Shown: piece after piece, positions 21,986 through 35,300 of the stretch
How positions within the stretch are numbered: the first letter of the stretch is position 1
Layout: each line of letters opens with the position of its first letter
Assembly (NCBI GenBank): GCA_964016885.1
Contig: OZ024765.1
Location: 6,696,001 to 6,760,000 of the forward strand
From: Eledone cirrhosa
Lineage: Eukaryota
DNA length: 64,000 nucleotides
Direction: 5' to 3'
Made by a program: the position numbers and the translations under genes
Notes under the pieces: generated by a model
Told to the model about the DNA's origin: nothing
Seen by the model: the letters and a program-made list of their open reading frames with translations, nothing else
Database searches by the model: none

Positions 21986-23898
21986 AGCTGTGTTTTAAAT
22001 TGGTAGTTGTATGTGTGCAAGTTAGTATGCATGTAAGTATATGTGTACGTATGTATATATGACTACATACGTATATACATACATACAAACCTGTCAAAGG
22101 GCAAAGGAGCTCTTAAGAGTCAATGGCCATCCAAAATCACCAGGAGAGATGACCCCTTAGCCTTTGTCAAGGCAGAATTCTAGGAGAAGGAAAACTCTGA
22201 TATAACACCTGCAACCCTGATGGTATCCAATGATGTTGACTTGTTCTTATTTTTGGTAAATATCATCTTGGTTAAGAGAGTGGGACTGGCTTTGTGCAGT
22301 GCCTTTGCTCACTATAAAAGCTTCAGGGCACAGGCATTGTTTTATATCTGGAGATCTCTCTGCATTTGTCGTCACATGGTACCATGGGCCCAGCACTATG
22401 TGTCAATAATTGTCACAAGTGTAGTGTTTGTACCAGAGTTTTCAAGTCGCTGGCTGGACTAAAAAGTCACACTCGTTCAGCGCATCGGTAGGGGTTCTCC
22501 TACATGGATATAAAGTAGTGGCCGTACTCGAAAACGAGTTGGCAGCCACCATGTATGTATACATACATATAGGTGGTGAATTGACAGAGTCGTTGAGATG
22601 TCTGATAGAATGCTTTACAGTATTCATCCCACCTCATTTTGCACTCTGAGTTCAAATCCTGCCGAGGTCAACCTTGCCTTTCATCTTTTCAAGGTTGATA
22701 AAAAAAAGTACCAGTCTAGTATTGGGGTTGATTCTTCTTCTATGGAAAAAAGTGGCTGGAGATGGTTGGACTCTATGACTCCACAAGGATGTATGGGATC
22801 TTTAGAGAGATGCATGTATGTATATATATATATATATATATAATTGAATATAAAAGAAATATAAACACAGATATATACATATGTGTTCAAACCGTAAGGG
22901 ACCAATTTTACAACCACTGATGAGCAAAGAATTGATAAATCTGCCCTAATATCGGTTGGTATTTCTTTTCTTGATTTATTATTTTAAATTGAGTCTGGCA
23001 AACCTTATTGTTCATAGTATTTTTTTCACTCTAGCGAATCTGGTCCCTTACGATTTGAACACATATATGTATATATCTGTGTTTATCTCTCAATTATATT
23101 ACACGGCTCGGAAAAATCTCTTTCCTTGAGCTATTTAAGTGTAAGAGACTATTTTGAGTTTCTAACTCAATATATACCTTTGATATATATATATAGATAT
23201 ATATATATCATCATCATCATTTCATTTTACGTCCGCTTTTTCCCTGCTTGCAAGGGTGGGACGGGAACTGATTCTGGCTTGATTTCTACAGCTGGATGCC
23301 CTTCCTAACACCAACCTCATTTACAGTGAATGCTGGGTGCTTTTTTGCCGTGGCACCTCCACGACCACTTTGCAGCTGAGTAAACTGGAGCAATGTGAAA
23401 TAAAGTGTCTTGCTCAAGGAAACAACACTTCACCCGGTCTGAGAATTGAACTCACAACCTTTCGATTGCAAGCCCAATGCTCTAACCACTAAGCCATGTG
23501 CCTTCATTATATATATATATATATAATATGGAAAACGAAGAATCAGTGAGGCATCAGAGCACAATTTATTACGTATTACAATTGTTTCTCCAGCAAACAG
23601 CTTGAGGTGCGATCTGTGTGTGGATCAAACCTGACTCTGGATTTGCAAGTTCCTCAGATACGTCTAGTGATTTTGAAGCAAATTCTCTTTCTATCTGAGG
23701 AACTTGTGAATCCAGAGTCAAGTTCGATCCACAAACAGATCCCACCTCGAGCTGTTAGCTGAAGAAACAATTGTAATACGTAATAAATTGTGTTCCGAAG
23801 CATCATTGATTCTTCGTTTTCCATATTATACTCTGCTCTGAAGGAGCATAGAGTGCTCAACCAGCATACCGCGTATGGACGCATCCTAGCAACCATAC

Positions 23899-23946
<48 letters not shown>

Positions 23947-24147
23947 TTTATTAAAATAACAGATTAAAGTTTAAGCAAAGAATCAGAAAGTTTCAGAAGA
24001 TCCCGTTAAGGGTGAAAGCAGAGATTCTTTGCTTAAACTTTAAAGTTATTTTAATAAATATTTGCTCTAGGGTTCTTATATATTTGATATATCTTTATCC
24101 TTATCGAGCCCTCTTTGGATTTTAGTCTTCACATTTATTATTATTAC

Positions 24148-24188
<41 letters not shown>

Positions 24189-24667
24189 ATATATATGAGT
24201 GTGTGTATGTATGTAGGTTTGTATGTGTATTTCAACCACATTTCATCAGGTAGATACCACACTTTAACCCTTTAGCATTCACATTACTCTATATATACTA
24301 GTGTATTTTCAAGGTAAAGGTTTTATCTTACACAATTATCTCACATAATATTGAATTATTTATTTTGATAACAATACCTTAACATCTGTATGAGTGGCCA
24401 GTTACGGCCAGTTTGAACAGAAAGAGGTGAGAGAATTCTGGACGGATATGGCCAGTTTAAAGGGTTAATCTTATTTATTCTATTTGTTAATCAATAATTG
24501 TATTTTTTTAATGTAAATTTCTATGGAAAATCTATTTGTCTGTTCAAGCAATATTTATGTGAAAACAGAAGAAAATAATAAAGATATTTTTAATAAAAAG
24601 TATTTGTTCTCATTTTCATTGTATGCCAAATATGCCATGTTGGGACTGTACTGTATATATATATAGA

Positions 24668-24727
<60 letters not shown>

Positions 24728-24817
24728 TATTTCCGAAGAAAAAGCAAAGGAAAAAGAGTGCTCTATGTATAAAACAGAGCTATTTAATTTGAAAGTGAAC
24801 AACACAATATATAACTA

Positions 24818-24885
24818 CTCCATTACCAAAGGTTTCAGGACCCTAGACAATATTAACATACGTCTAGGTCGCTCATCAGAAAGAG
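24818..24885 (-). ncRNA. Type I hammerhead ribozyme motif with long helix II
   Basis: CUCUUU-CUGAUGA-GC-GACCUAGAC...GUCUAGGGUC-CU-GAAA-CC(UUU)GG-UA-AUGGAG. Confidence 0.65.
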
Positions 24886-25042
24886 GGGTTATGAATATGT
24901 GAAAATAGGAAATGAGATTGAAAATCTCTTAAATTGAAAAGTGAGGCTGGAAAATTAACGGAAAATATACATAAGAAATATATTTTTTATATATTTTCTT
25001 TCTTATGTATATTTTCCGTTAATTTTCCAGCCTCACTTTCAA

Positions 25043-25106
<64 letters not shown>

Positions 25107-25298
25107 TGTTAGCTTTTTCGTTACTTTGGTATTGTGTGGTTAGGTTTTGCCTACCGCAATGTTCAATTTGTCAAGCTATTTAAACGTATGTTATTACTCT
25201 AAGGACCTACCCTTATTGAGTGCTTTGCTAACTCATTCCTATTGTAGGTCGACTTTGCTTGCCCACAACTAAAGCTTCGATTTTACTAATTTTCCACT

Positions 25299-25337
<39 letters not shown>

Positions 25338-25630
25338 TATAAATTATGTCCATAGAATCATTTGATAATATATATACACCATTTCCTCTCCCAATTACCA
25401 TAATGAACCACACAAAAAAACAATTAAACCAGGCTATAAGATTAAAAGGCACCTATGAAGAAACAATAGATAAATAAACGATAGCCATCTATTCGTGATC
25501 AACAGCCATAGAATATTTACCCAGCATTTCAATAGCACGTAAAAATATACCGTCAACCATACACAATTCGGTATAAAATTAAAGTTAGAAGAAAAAATGC
25601 ATATACACATACCTGGATTACGTTTCTACC

Positions 25631-25677
<47 letters not shown>

Positions 25678-26534
25678 TGTATTTATAAACATACACCCAA
25701 ATATATATATCATCAACATTTCATTTTACGTCCACTTTTCCCTGCTTGCAAGGGTGGGACGGGAACTGATTCTGGCTTAATTTCTACAGCTGGATGCCCT
25801 TCCTAACACCAACCTCATTTACAGTGAGTGCTGGGTGCTTTTTTGCCGTGGCACCTCCACGACCACTTTACAGTGGAATGATAGGGACCCCAGTCCCTAT
25901 CATCTCATTTCTACAGCTGAGTAAACTGGAACAATGTGAAATAAAGTGTCTTGCTCAAGGAAACAACACATCACCCAGTCTGAGAATTGAACTCACAACC
26001 TTTCGATTGCAAGGCCAACATATATTTATAAACATACACACATATATATTTATATCATCATCATCATCGTTTAACGTCTATCTACCAGCATGGGTTAGAG
26101 GGGAATTGTCCCACTTGAGGCAAGACTAGTCGGGTAACCATGTCTCGCTCGTATAGGACTGTCTGGCAGGTTTTCTACGGCTGGATGCCCTTCCCAACAC
26201 CAACCACGTTACAGTGTGGACTGGGAGGTTTTTATCGTGTTACCTACACACACATACACGTAACCATATGCACACATCCACACACACAGATTTACATGGA
26301 AATACAAAGGTACGCTTACACATACATTTAGAGGCAAACACATATACACGTTAACATATCCGCACTCATACATACGTACAGATATATAACAATATAGTAA
26401 TATATAGAGACACAGGCGTAGATACATACACACGTCTGTTTTCAATCAATTAAACGCCATCTTGTTATATTTTAGTTTTATATTTAGTTTGGCGGCAAAA
26501 CCTTTTTGAAATTTTAGTATGTATGTATATATAA

Positions 26535-26576
<42 letters not shown>

Positions 26577-26579
26577 GAG

Positions 26580-26890
26580 AGTTGTCCCTGGTATTTTAGG
26601 CGGTTACGTTCGTAGAGCACTCGCGAATATTGGACGCGGACCATAAAAATGCCTATAAATGTCAAAATATAACGTAAACTATAATGAAAAAAGAGGAAAC
26701 ATGTTATGCGAAGGGGCGTCCAATAGGCCAGCAAATACGGTATATTGTTATAAATAACTTAGCATTAAAATATATATATATATTGCTACGAAAAAATCGC
26801 GGAAAATATTTACGATTCCGCGAATATGCGGTGGTTTCTAAGGAAAATTCTGCGAATAACCAGGACCTCTAATACCGGGGGTACACTATA
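26580..26890 (-). mobile_element. DNA-transposon remnant (Tc1/mariner/pogo-like), also at 50124-50460 in opposite orientation
   Basis: Two homologous copies with imperfect inverted termini, flanked by dinucleotide microsatellites. Confidence 0.6.
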
Positions 26891-28038
26891 TGTCTGTGTG
26901 TGTTTATCTGTTCGTCTGCATGTGTACATGTGTGTGCGTATGTTTATGAGTAAACATACGTATGTGTATATATAATATATCTCTATATATATATGTACGT
27001 CTCCCTCCATGTTTATCCTTTCTCAGTTCGAACCCTTTCCAGCTAACATTCCAAATTTATTCTTTAAAAGTTCAATAAATAAAATATTTCACGCAATAAT
27101 TTATTTCATTTTAAAATTTTCTACACGAAAAAGATAATATTCAAAGACGTATTTTATTTGCAAATATAAAAATGTCAATACGAATACGAGCAACTTATAT
27201 TTATCTGTAAATAGATATGTTTGTATTTGTAATGGAATTTTTCACCGTTGCAAATAAAATCATATTTAATGTTTAATGTATATTGAAAAAAAAAAAAATA
27301 CTAATTCATTGTAAGAAAAGGAAAAAATAAAGTCTCTTACCTCAGATAATGACCAAAATAATTGTTTCTACTTTTGGTACAAGGCCAGCAATTTTCCTAG
27401 TGCATTACTGGTGATTTCTTTTATCGATCCGTAAGGATGTAAGGCAAAGTTAACCTCGGCGGGATTTCAACTAATACGATCACAAATACAAGCAGCCGAA
27501 ATGGGGTTCCTCCGAAGGGTCTTTGGGGGTAATGTTACTGGGGATCAGAGAATCGGTGCTTCTCCGATACTATGGGCATGTGGTTAGAATGTCTCAAGAA
27601 AAATCACTGGGCAGATTTTACGGACAAAACCAACCAGCAGGAGACCCAGATCAAGATGTTTGGATAATATCCACGAACTTGGCTGGTCACATTTGGGGAT
27701 CCAGCCAGATCAGTTGCTTCTGACAGGACTCTGCCCCCACGACCCTCTCAGGAATAAGTGGGCGAAGAAGTGTCTAAACTAAAACGAAGCTACAAAGAAA
27801 TGCCAAATTATGTAAACATTTTGGGTGTTTACATACAATTGAATTATGTCAGTAGACTATTTTATTTTTGGGAAAGGCTGTGCATTCTAATAAATATTCC
27901 TGGTACTTTTTTTGGGGGGGGAGGGGGGGGGCACCCTGTATATTATATTATTTATTTTTGTCCATACACGGAACAAAAGCGCAATATATATATATTGTGT
28001 GTGTATATATCTATGCATAGCGATTCTCTATATATATA

Positions 28039-28920
28039 TACAGGGTGTCCAAAGTCATTAGACGTTTATATATATATATCTATATAAAATTGTCTAGTGA
28101 CTTTTGGGACATCCTGTCATCATCACCGTTTTACGTCCGTTCTTCCACGCTAGCATGGGTTAGACGGGTTGTCCTGTTGTGGGCAGTGTCTGGTCGGCTG
28201 ACCATGCCTTGCTCATACAGGAACTGATTTGGCTTGATTTCTACAGCTGGATGCCCTTCCTAACACCAACCTCATTTATAGTGAGTGCTGGGTGCTTTTT
28301 CGTGGCGCCTACACGTCCACTTTACAGTGTGGGCTGGGTACTTTTTTGCCGTGGCACCTCCACGACCACCTGTGTGTATATATATATATATAGAGAGAGA
28401 GCAAGAGATTTATTTATAAAATATATATAGACAGAGAGATTTATATACAATGTATTATATAATACATATTAACGCATGAATGTGTCTGTCTCTCTTCTTT
28501 ATCAGTTGTCGTCTGTTTTCAATTAATCGATCGCATTCTTTTATATATATTTTAGTTTTTTTCTCTCTTGTTTATGGACTCCCTAAACACTCAACGATAC
28601 GAGAAATTAATTAATACCTCCATCGTAGTGAACACATTAAATCATATAAAGAAAACACCATGAATAATATATAGACCGGGTGTATGTAGCCATAGTATAT
28701 ATCAACAATGAATACCAATACACACAGGGTGTCCCAAAAGTCACTAAACCATTTTATATAAATATATTTAAAAAAGTCTTGTGACTTTTGGGACACCCTG
28801 TACATATAAATCTATATATACAGGGTGTCCCGAAAAAATATATAAATATTTCAACAGCATTCTAATAAATACTGCTTGTACAGGTAATCAAAGTGTGTAC
28901 ATTTTGGGGAGACACCGTGT
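28039..28920. mobile_element. Cluster of tiny Tc1/mariner-like MITEs
   Basis: TA-CAGGGTGTCC...GGACACCCTG-TA inverted termini at about 28040-28117, 28725-28801, 28820-28920. Confidence 0.7.
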
Positions 28921-30446
28921 GCATGTCTGTACGTATCAATGCAAGGTTTCTGATTATCGCCCCTTGACCTTGTTTTTCCTTCTAAACTGCACACACGCAT
29001 TCGACCTTTCACTGGTTTTAAGACAACGTACTGCGGCCATACTGTAGTCGTATCTGCATTCAGTTAACCATATTGATCTAATATTTGTTTATTTTTCGAA
29101 GTTATTTTACCGATTTCCCTTTGTTAAACTTTTAAACCACTAGACATAAATAAATAACGAACGTAAATAGACGCAAATACATATATGAAAGTAGAAACAA
29201 TTGTGTGTATAAATGTAATATCTAAATTTATCATAAAATGTTTTTATTCTTGTTTGTGTTTATGAAACACTACTTGTACGTGGATCTAATCCCATCTCGT
29301 ATCATACTAAAAATGATAAAATAATCCTTATCTATTATTTTCTAATGTATGTAAAACAAATAAAATGTCAAAAATCCTTGGCAGTGTTATTATTTACATA
29401 GGCATAGACGTATTTTCATGGTAAAAGCTTTACCTCACATAATATCGAATCTATGAGATTTTGATATTTATTTTGAGAACAATACCTTAACATCAGTATG
29501 AGCAGCTGGAAAGATGTGAGAATTCTGGCTGGATATGGCAGGTTTAAATGTTAAAGAGTTAAGGGTCTTTACCCTATTTTAGATAGAGGTGTAGAGATGC
29601 TAGAAAATAGCAATGGCAACTTCTTTTTCTGTCTTTTAAAAGTCTTCACCCTATTTTATAAGCTATTCTATAGCATCACATGAGCTCATCACCCTTCACA
29701 TTAAGTAATTAATATTTTAAATGTTAGCTTACTAATCAAAACGTTAGTTATCTCGTGAAATTCTCTAAATTTTAAAAATCAATTGTTACACAGTAACAAA
29801 ATAATTTGCACATTTTGAAAGTTGAGCCTTCAGATGGTTGCTGTTAGTGTTAGAAATAGCAGCCAAATGACACTGTAGATATACACAAAACAAAGTGGTT
29901 ATGGTTGGAATGACTATTCAAAAGACATTATATGTAGCCAGAGACAAACACAATAAAATAAACAAGACAGAGAGGAAGAGAGACTATATATTTTTTTTTT
30001 CCATATTTTAAGAACTTTAATATGAGTTGATGTTGATGTAGAGAAAATATGGCACAGTAGGGCTATATATATGTCACAGTTGAGCCACTGTGGTCAATAA
30101 ATGGCACAGTTGAGCCATTGTGGTCAATACATAGCACCAAATCTCTCTTGTGGTCAATATATAGCACAATAGCACTCCTGTGGTCAATATATATCACAGT
30201 TGTGCCACTGTGGCCAAAATATGGCACAATAAGATTCTTGTGGCTAAAATATATGGCACAGCTTTGCTCCTGTAGACAATATATGTCAGGGCTTTACCCT
30301 TCTAGACAGAGGTTTGCTCATTAGCTCCTCCTGTGGCCAACACTATATTCTGACAAAACAAATTTGGACAGAATATTAATAATTAAAAAAAATTTGAAAA
30401 AAGAAATGTAATTATTATAAAAAAAAAAGAAAAATGCTGGGCGATG

Positions 30447-30632
30447 TTAATCTTTTCTCAAAGGAAACTCCTCGATAGACACTCCATCCTTGGTTATCAC
30501 ATTCAAAAGAACCGAGTCCCCGGTATAAATATCCCTCTCTGCTGCAGCTATGAACACATCTTTCACAAGCTGGATGGCCGTATCCTTAGACAACTTTTGC
30601 TTGGTCTTCTTTGATTGATTTTTACATTCAAT
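30447..30632 (-). CDS. PSMB1: PSMB1 exon 6 (last coding)
   Basis: IECKNQ...[43 protein letters not shown]. Confidence 0.95.
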   Translation of the reverse strand: MECKNQSKKTKQKLSKDTAIQLVKDVFIAAAERDIYTGDSVLLNVITKDGVSIEEFPLRKD

Positions 30633-32347
30633 CTGGAAAAAGAAAGGAAAATAAAGTAGAATAAAATAAACTGTAAAGTGGTTGTGTAGGTGTCACAGCA
30701 AAAAGCACTCAGCTCACACTGTAAAGTGGTCATGTAGGTGTCACGACAAAAAGCACCCAGCCCACACTGTAAAGTGGTTGTGTTGGTGACATGACGAAAA
30801 ACACCCAATTCACATGGTAAAGTGATCATTTCAGTCCCACAATAAAAAGCAGCCAGTCCACACTGTAGAGTGGTCATGTTGGTGATCTACATGATAAAAG
30901 CACACAGTATAGGCTGTAAAATGGCTGGTGATAGGAAGGGCATCCAGCCATAGAAAGCGTGCCAAACAAAAGGTTGGGAGGACCCTTCAGTGACCTGACA
31001 ACCTTGCTAGTGCTGGTGTCACAATAAAGTGCACTTGTTAGAACATGAAACTGTATGTAAGTGAGATGCAAACTCCTGGCCTGTCTGAGAGGTAAGTACT
31101 GAAGCAGGCTTCAGTACTGACTCAGTCTGTGAAGACCCATCCAACCTTTGCTAGAAGGGGTAGCAGATGTTAAACGATGAAGATGATGATGATGATGATA
31201 TATAAATATATATAAGTTATAGTGTGTAGGAAAGAAGACTGCGATGCGTATGGAGGATGACTGCTGGGTGAAGAAGTGCCAAGAAATCCCAGTAGAAGGA
31301 AGACGCAGTAGAGGAAGACCATGAAAAACATGGGCGGAGGTGGTGAGAGCAGACCTCAGATCGCTGAAGCTCACGGAGGAGATAACGAAGGACCATGGCA
31401 AGTGGAGAGATGCTGTGCTAAATAGGACCCGTTCCACCCTTGCAAGCAGGGAAAAGCGGACGTAAAATGATATATATGTATATATATATATATATACCAT
31501 GCCTAGCCAAAGAAATTTCCTTCGTCACTTGCACAACCGTTTAAAACTCTACCTTACCCCACTTGTGTTTAAATATACGTGTATTGAGACAGTAAGTGGG
31601 GTAAGGTAGAGTTTTAAACAGTTGCCCTTCAACAACTCCATCTTGCTAACGTGATAATTCTTACTAAATACACTTACACATGTAACAACACTACTACACA
31701 CACATGTAACAACACTACTACACACACATGTAACAACACTACTACACACACATGTAACAACACTACTACACACACATGTAACAACACTACTACACACACA
31801 TGTAACAACACTACTACACACACATGTAACAACACTACTACACACACATGTAACACTACTACACACACATCTAACAACACTACTACACACACATGTAACA
31901 ACACTACTACACACACATGTAACAACACTACTACACACATGTAACAACACTACTACACTCACATGTAACAACACTACTACACACACATGTAACAACACTA
32001 CTACACACACATATAACAACACTACTACACACACATGTAACAACACTACTACACACACATATAACAACACTACTACACACACATGTAACAACACTACTAC
32101 ACACACATGTAACAACACTACTACACACACTCTCCACTTGCATCTTGTTACCAAGACTATCTAATAGTTGTCTTGTTTTCACTCTTCATTTTCGATTTTT
32201 TTCTTTACTAGGACCTTCTATCTGGTTCTCCATTGTGCTCCTGGAGAAGGGTCTAAGCCCGACACATCAAACTTTCTTTCCTCTTTCCTATATAAAGCGT
32301 GAAACTAATAAGACGTTTGTACCTCTGTTTGTTGTCTCCTTGAACTG

Positions 32348-32381
<34 letters not shown>

Positions 32382-35300
32382 TACATACATTGAGGGTTGA
32401 GAGGACCATTCAGTTGTGTCTAAGACCTGACAACCTCCCTAGTGCTGGTATTATGATTACGTGCACTTGGTAGAACGTGGGACCGTCTGTAAATGAGATG
32501 TGGATCCCCAGCCTGTCTGGGAGGTCAGTAGCCCTGCTTCAGTACTGACTCTGTGAAAACCCTTCCAACCATTTCTAGCAGGGAAAGTGGACATTAGATG
32601 ATGATGGTGATGATAGACACAAAGACAGTAATTCTGGGGGAAGAGAAAGTCAGTAAATTCAACACAACCCCCTAGTACTTTATTCTATTGACCCTTCTCA
32701 CCCCTAAAAGGCAAAAAGTAAAGTTGGCTGCAGCAGGATTTGAACTCAGAACAGAAAGGGCCCTATCGAAATGCTGCTTAAGTCAGAACAAATAGCACAA
32801 ATGATTTCTCTGATGCTCAACCGATTCTACCAATCCACTACCTTAATGAGGATGATAATACTGAAGCCAGTAAAAGAATACAAGAATAAATCCCTTCAAG
32901 ACAGTGCCCCAGCATGGTCACAATCTAATTACTGAAGCCAGTAAAAGAATACAAGAATAAATCCCTTCAAGACAGTGCCCCAGCATGGTCACAATCTAAT
33001 TACTGAAGCCAGTAAAAGAATACAAGAATAAATCCCTTCAAGACAGTGCCCCAGCATGGTCACAATCTAATTACTGAAGCCAGTAAAAGAATACAAGAAT
33101 AAATCCCTTCAAGACAGTGCCCCAGCATGGTCACAATCTAATTACTGAAGCCAGTAAAAGAATACAAGAATAAATCCCTTCAAGACAGTGCCCCAGCATG
33201 GTCACAATCTAATTACTGAAGCCAGTAAAAGAATACAAGAATAAATCCCTTCAAGACAGTGCCCCAGCATGGTCACAATCTAATTACTGAAGCCAGTAAA
33301 AGAATACAAGAATAAATCCCTTCAAGACAGTGCCCCAGCATGGTCACAATCTAATTACTGAAGCCAGTAAAAGAATACAAGAATAAATCCCTTCAAGACA
33401 GTGCCCCAGCATGGTCACAATCTAATTACTGAAGCCAGTAAAAGAATACAAGAATAAATCCCTTCAAGACAGTGCCCCAGCATGGTCACAATCTAATTAC
33501 TGAAGCCAGTAAAAGAATACAAGAATAAATCCCTTCAAGACAGTGCCCCAGCATGGTCACAATCTAATTACTGAAGCCAGTAAAAGAATACAAGAATAAA
33601 TCCCTTCAAGACAGTGCCCCAGCATGGTCACAATCTAATTACTGAAGCCAGTAAAAGAATACAAGAATAAATCCCTTCAAGACAGTGCCCCAGCATGGTC
33701 ACAATCTAATTACTGAAGCCAGTAAAAGAATACAAGAATAAATCCCTTCAAGACAGTGCCCCAGCATGGTCACAATCTAATTACTGAAGCCAGTAAAAGA
33801 ATACAAGAATAAATCCCTTCAAGACAGTGCCCCAGCATGGTCACAATCTAATTACTGAAACCAGTAAAAGAATACAAGAATAAATCCCTTCAAGACAGTG
33901 CCCCAGCATGGTCACAATCTAATTACTGAAGCCAGTAAAAGAATACAAGAATAAATCCCTTCAAGACAGTGCCCCAGCATGGTCACAATCTAATTACTGA
34001 AGCCAGTAAAAGAATACAAGAATAAATCCCTTCAAGACAGTGCCCCAGCATGGTCACAATCTAATTACTGAAGCCAGTAAAAGAATACAAGAATAAATCC
34101 CTTCAAGACAGTGCCCCAGCATGGTCACAATCTAATTACTGAAGCCAGTAAAAGAATACAAGAATAAATCCCTTCAAGACAGTGCCCCAGCATGGTCACA
34201 ATCTAATTACTGAAACCAGTAAAAGAATACAAGAATAAATCCCTTCAAGACAGTGCCCCAGCATGGTCACAATCTAATTACTGAAGCCAGTAAAAGAATA
34301 CAAGAATAAATCCCTTCAAGACAGTGCCCCAGCATGGTCACAATCTAATTACTGAAGCCAGTAAAAGAATACAAGAATAAATCCCTTCAAGACAGTGCCC
34401 CAGCATGGTCACAATCTAATTACTGAAGCCAGTAAAAGAATACAAGAATAAATCCCTTCAAGACAGTGCCCCAGCATGGTCACAATCTAATTACTGAAGC
34501 CAGTAAAAGAATACAAGAATAAATCCCTTCAAGACAGTGCCCCAGCATGGTCACAATCTAATTACTGAAACCAGTAAAAGAATACAAGAATAAATCCCTT
34601 CAAGACAGTGCCCCAGCATGGTCACAATCTAATTACTGAAACCAGTAAAAGAATACAAGAATAAATCCCTTCAAGACAGTGCCCCAGCATGGTCACAATC
34701 TAATTACTAAAACCAGTAAAAGAATACAAGACTAAATCCCTTCAAGACAGTGCCCCAGCATTGCCACAGTCTAATGACTGAAACCAGTAAAAAAATACAA
34801 GACTAAATCCCTTGAAGGCAGAGCCTCAGCATGGTCATAATCTAATAACTGAAACCAGTAAAAGACTAAGGCAATGCCCCAGCATGGCCATATTCTAATG
34901 ACTGAAACCAATAGAAGAAATCTAGAAATGCATGCAAGGAATTTACTCAGCCATACCTGGTTGTCCAAAATTGGTTGTAACATAGAACTAGAAGACCCAG
35001 CAGCTCGGCACTGCTCCCTTTGGTATGACCCCACAGGATCAAAGCTATATACAGCCCCTTTTCCTGCAACAAACAAAACAAAGGAAGATTTTTAGACTTT
35101 ATATTTAGAATTTTTATTTATATACCACTACCAGGAGTTTCAACTGGAAGATGGTATTAGCAAGCAATGGAAATTTTGCTTCTTTGGTCTGATCTGATGA
35201 TCGGCTCTTTTCTTCTGTTAACAGTTGTAACTAACAGATAGTATCAGTAATACAAAGATCAATGGGAATATTGTTTCCTTGGTCTAATCTGTTAATCAGC

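Noticed and set aside
32860-34915. CRISPR-like regular array
   Set aside because: Head-to-tail identical units with no unique spacers, no cas genes, eukaryotic intron.
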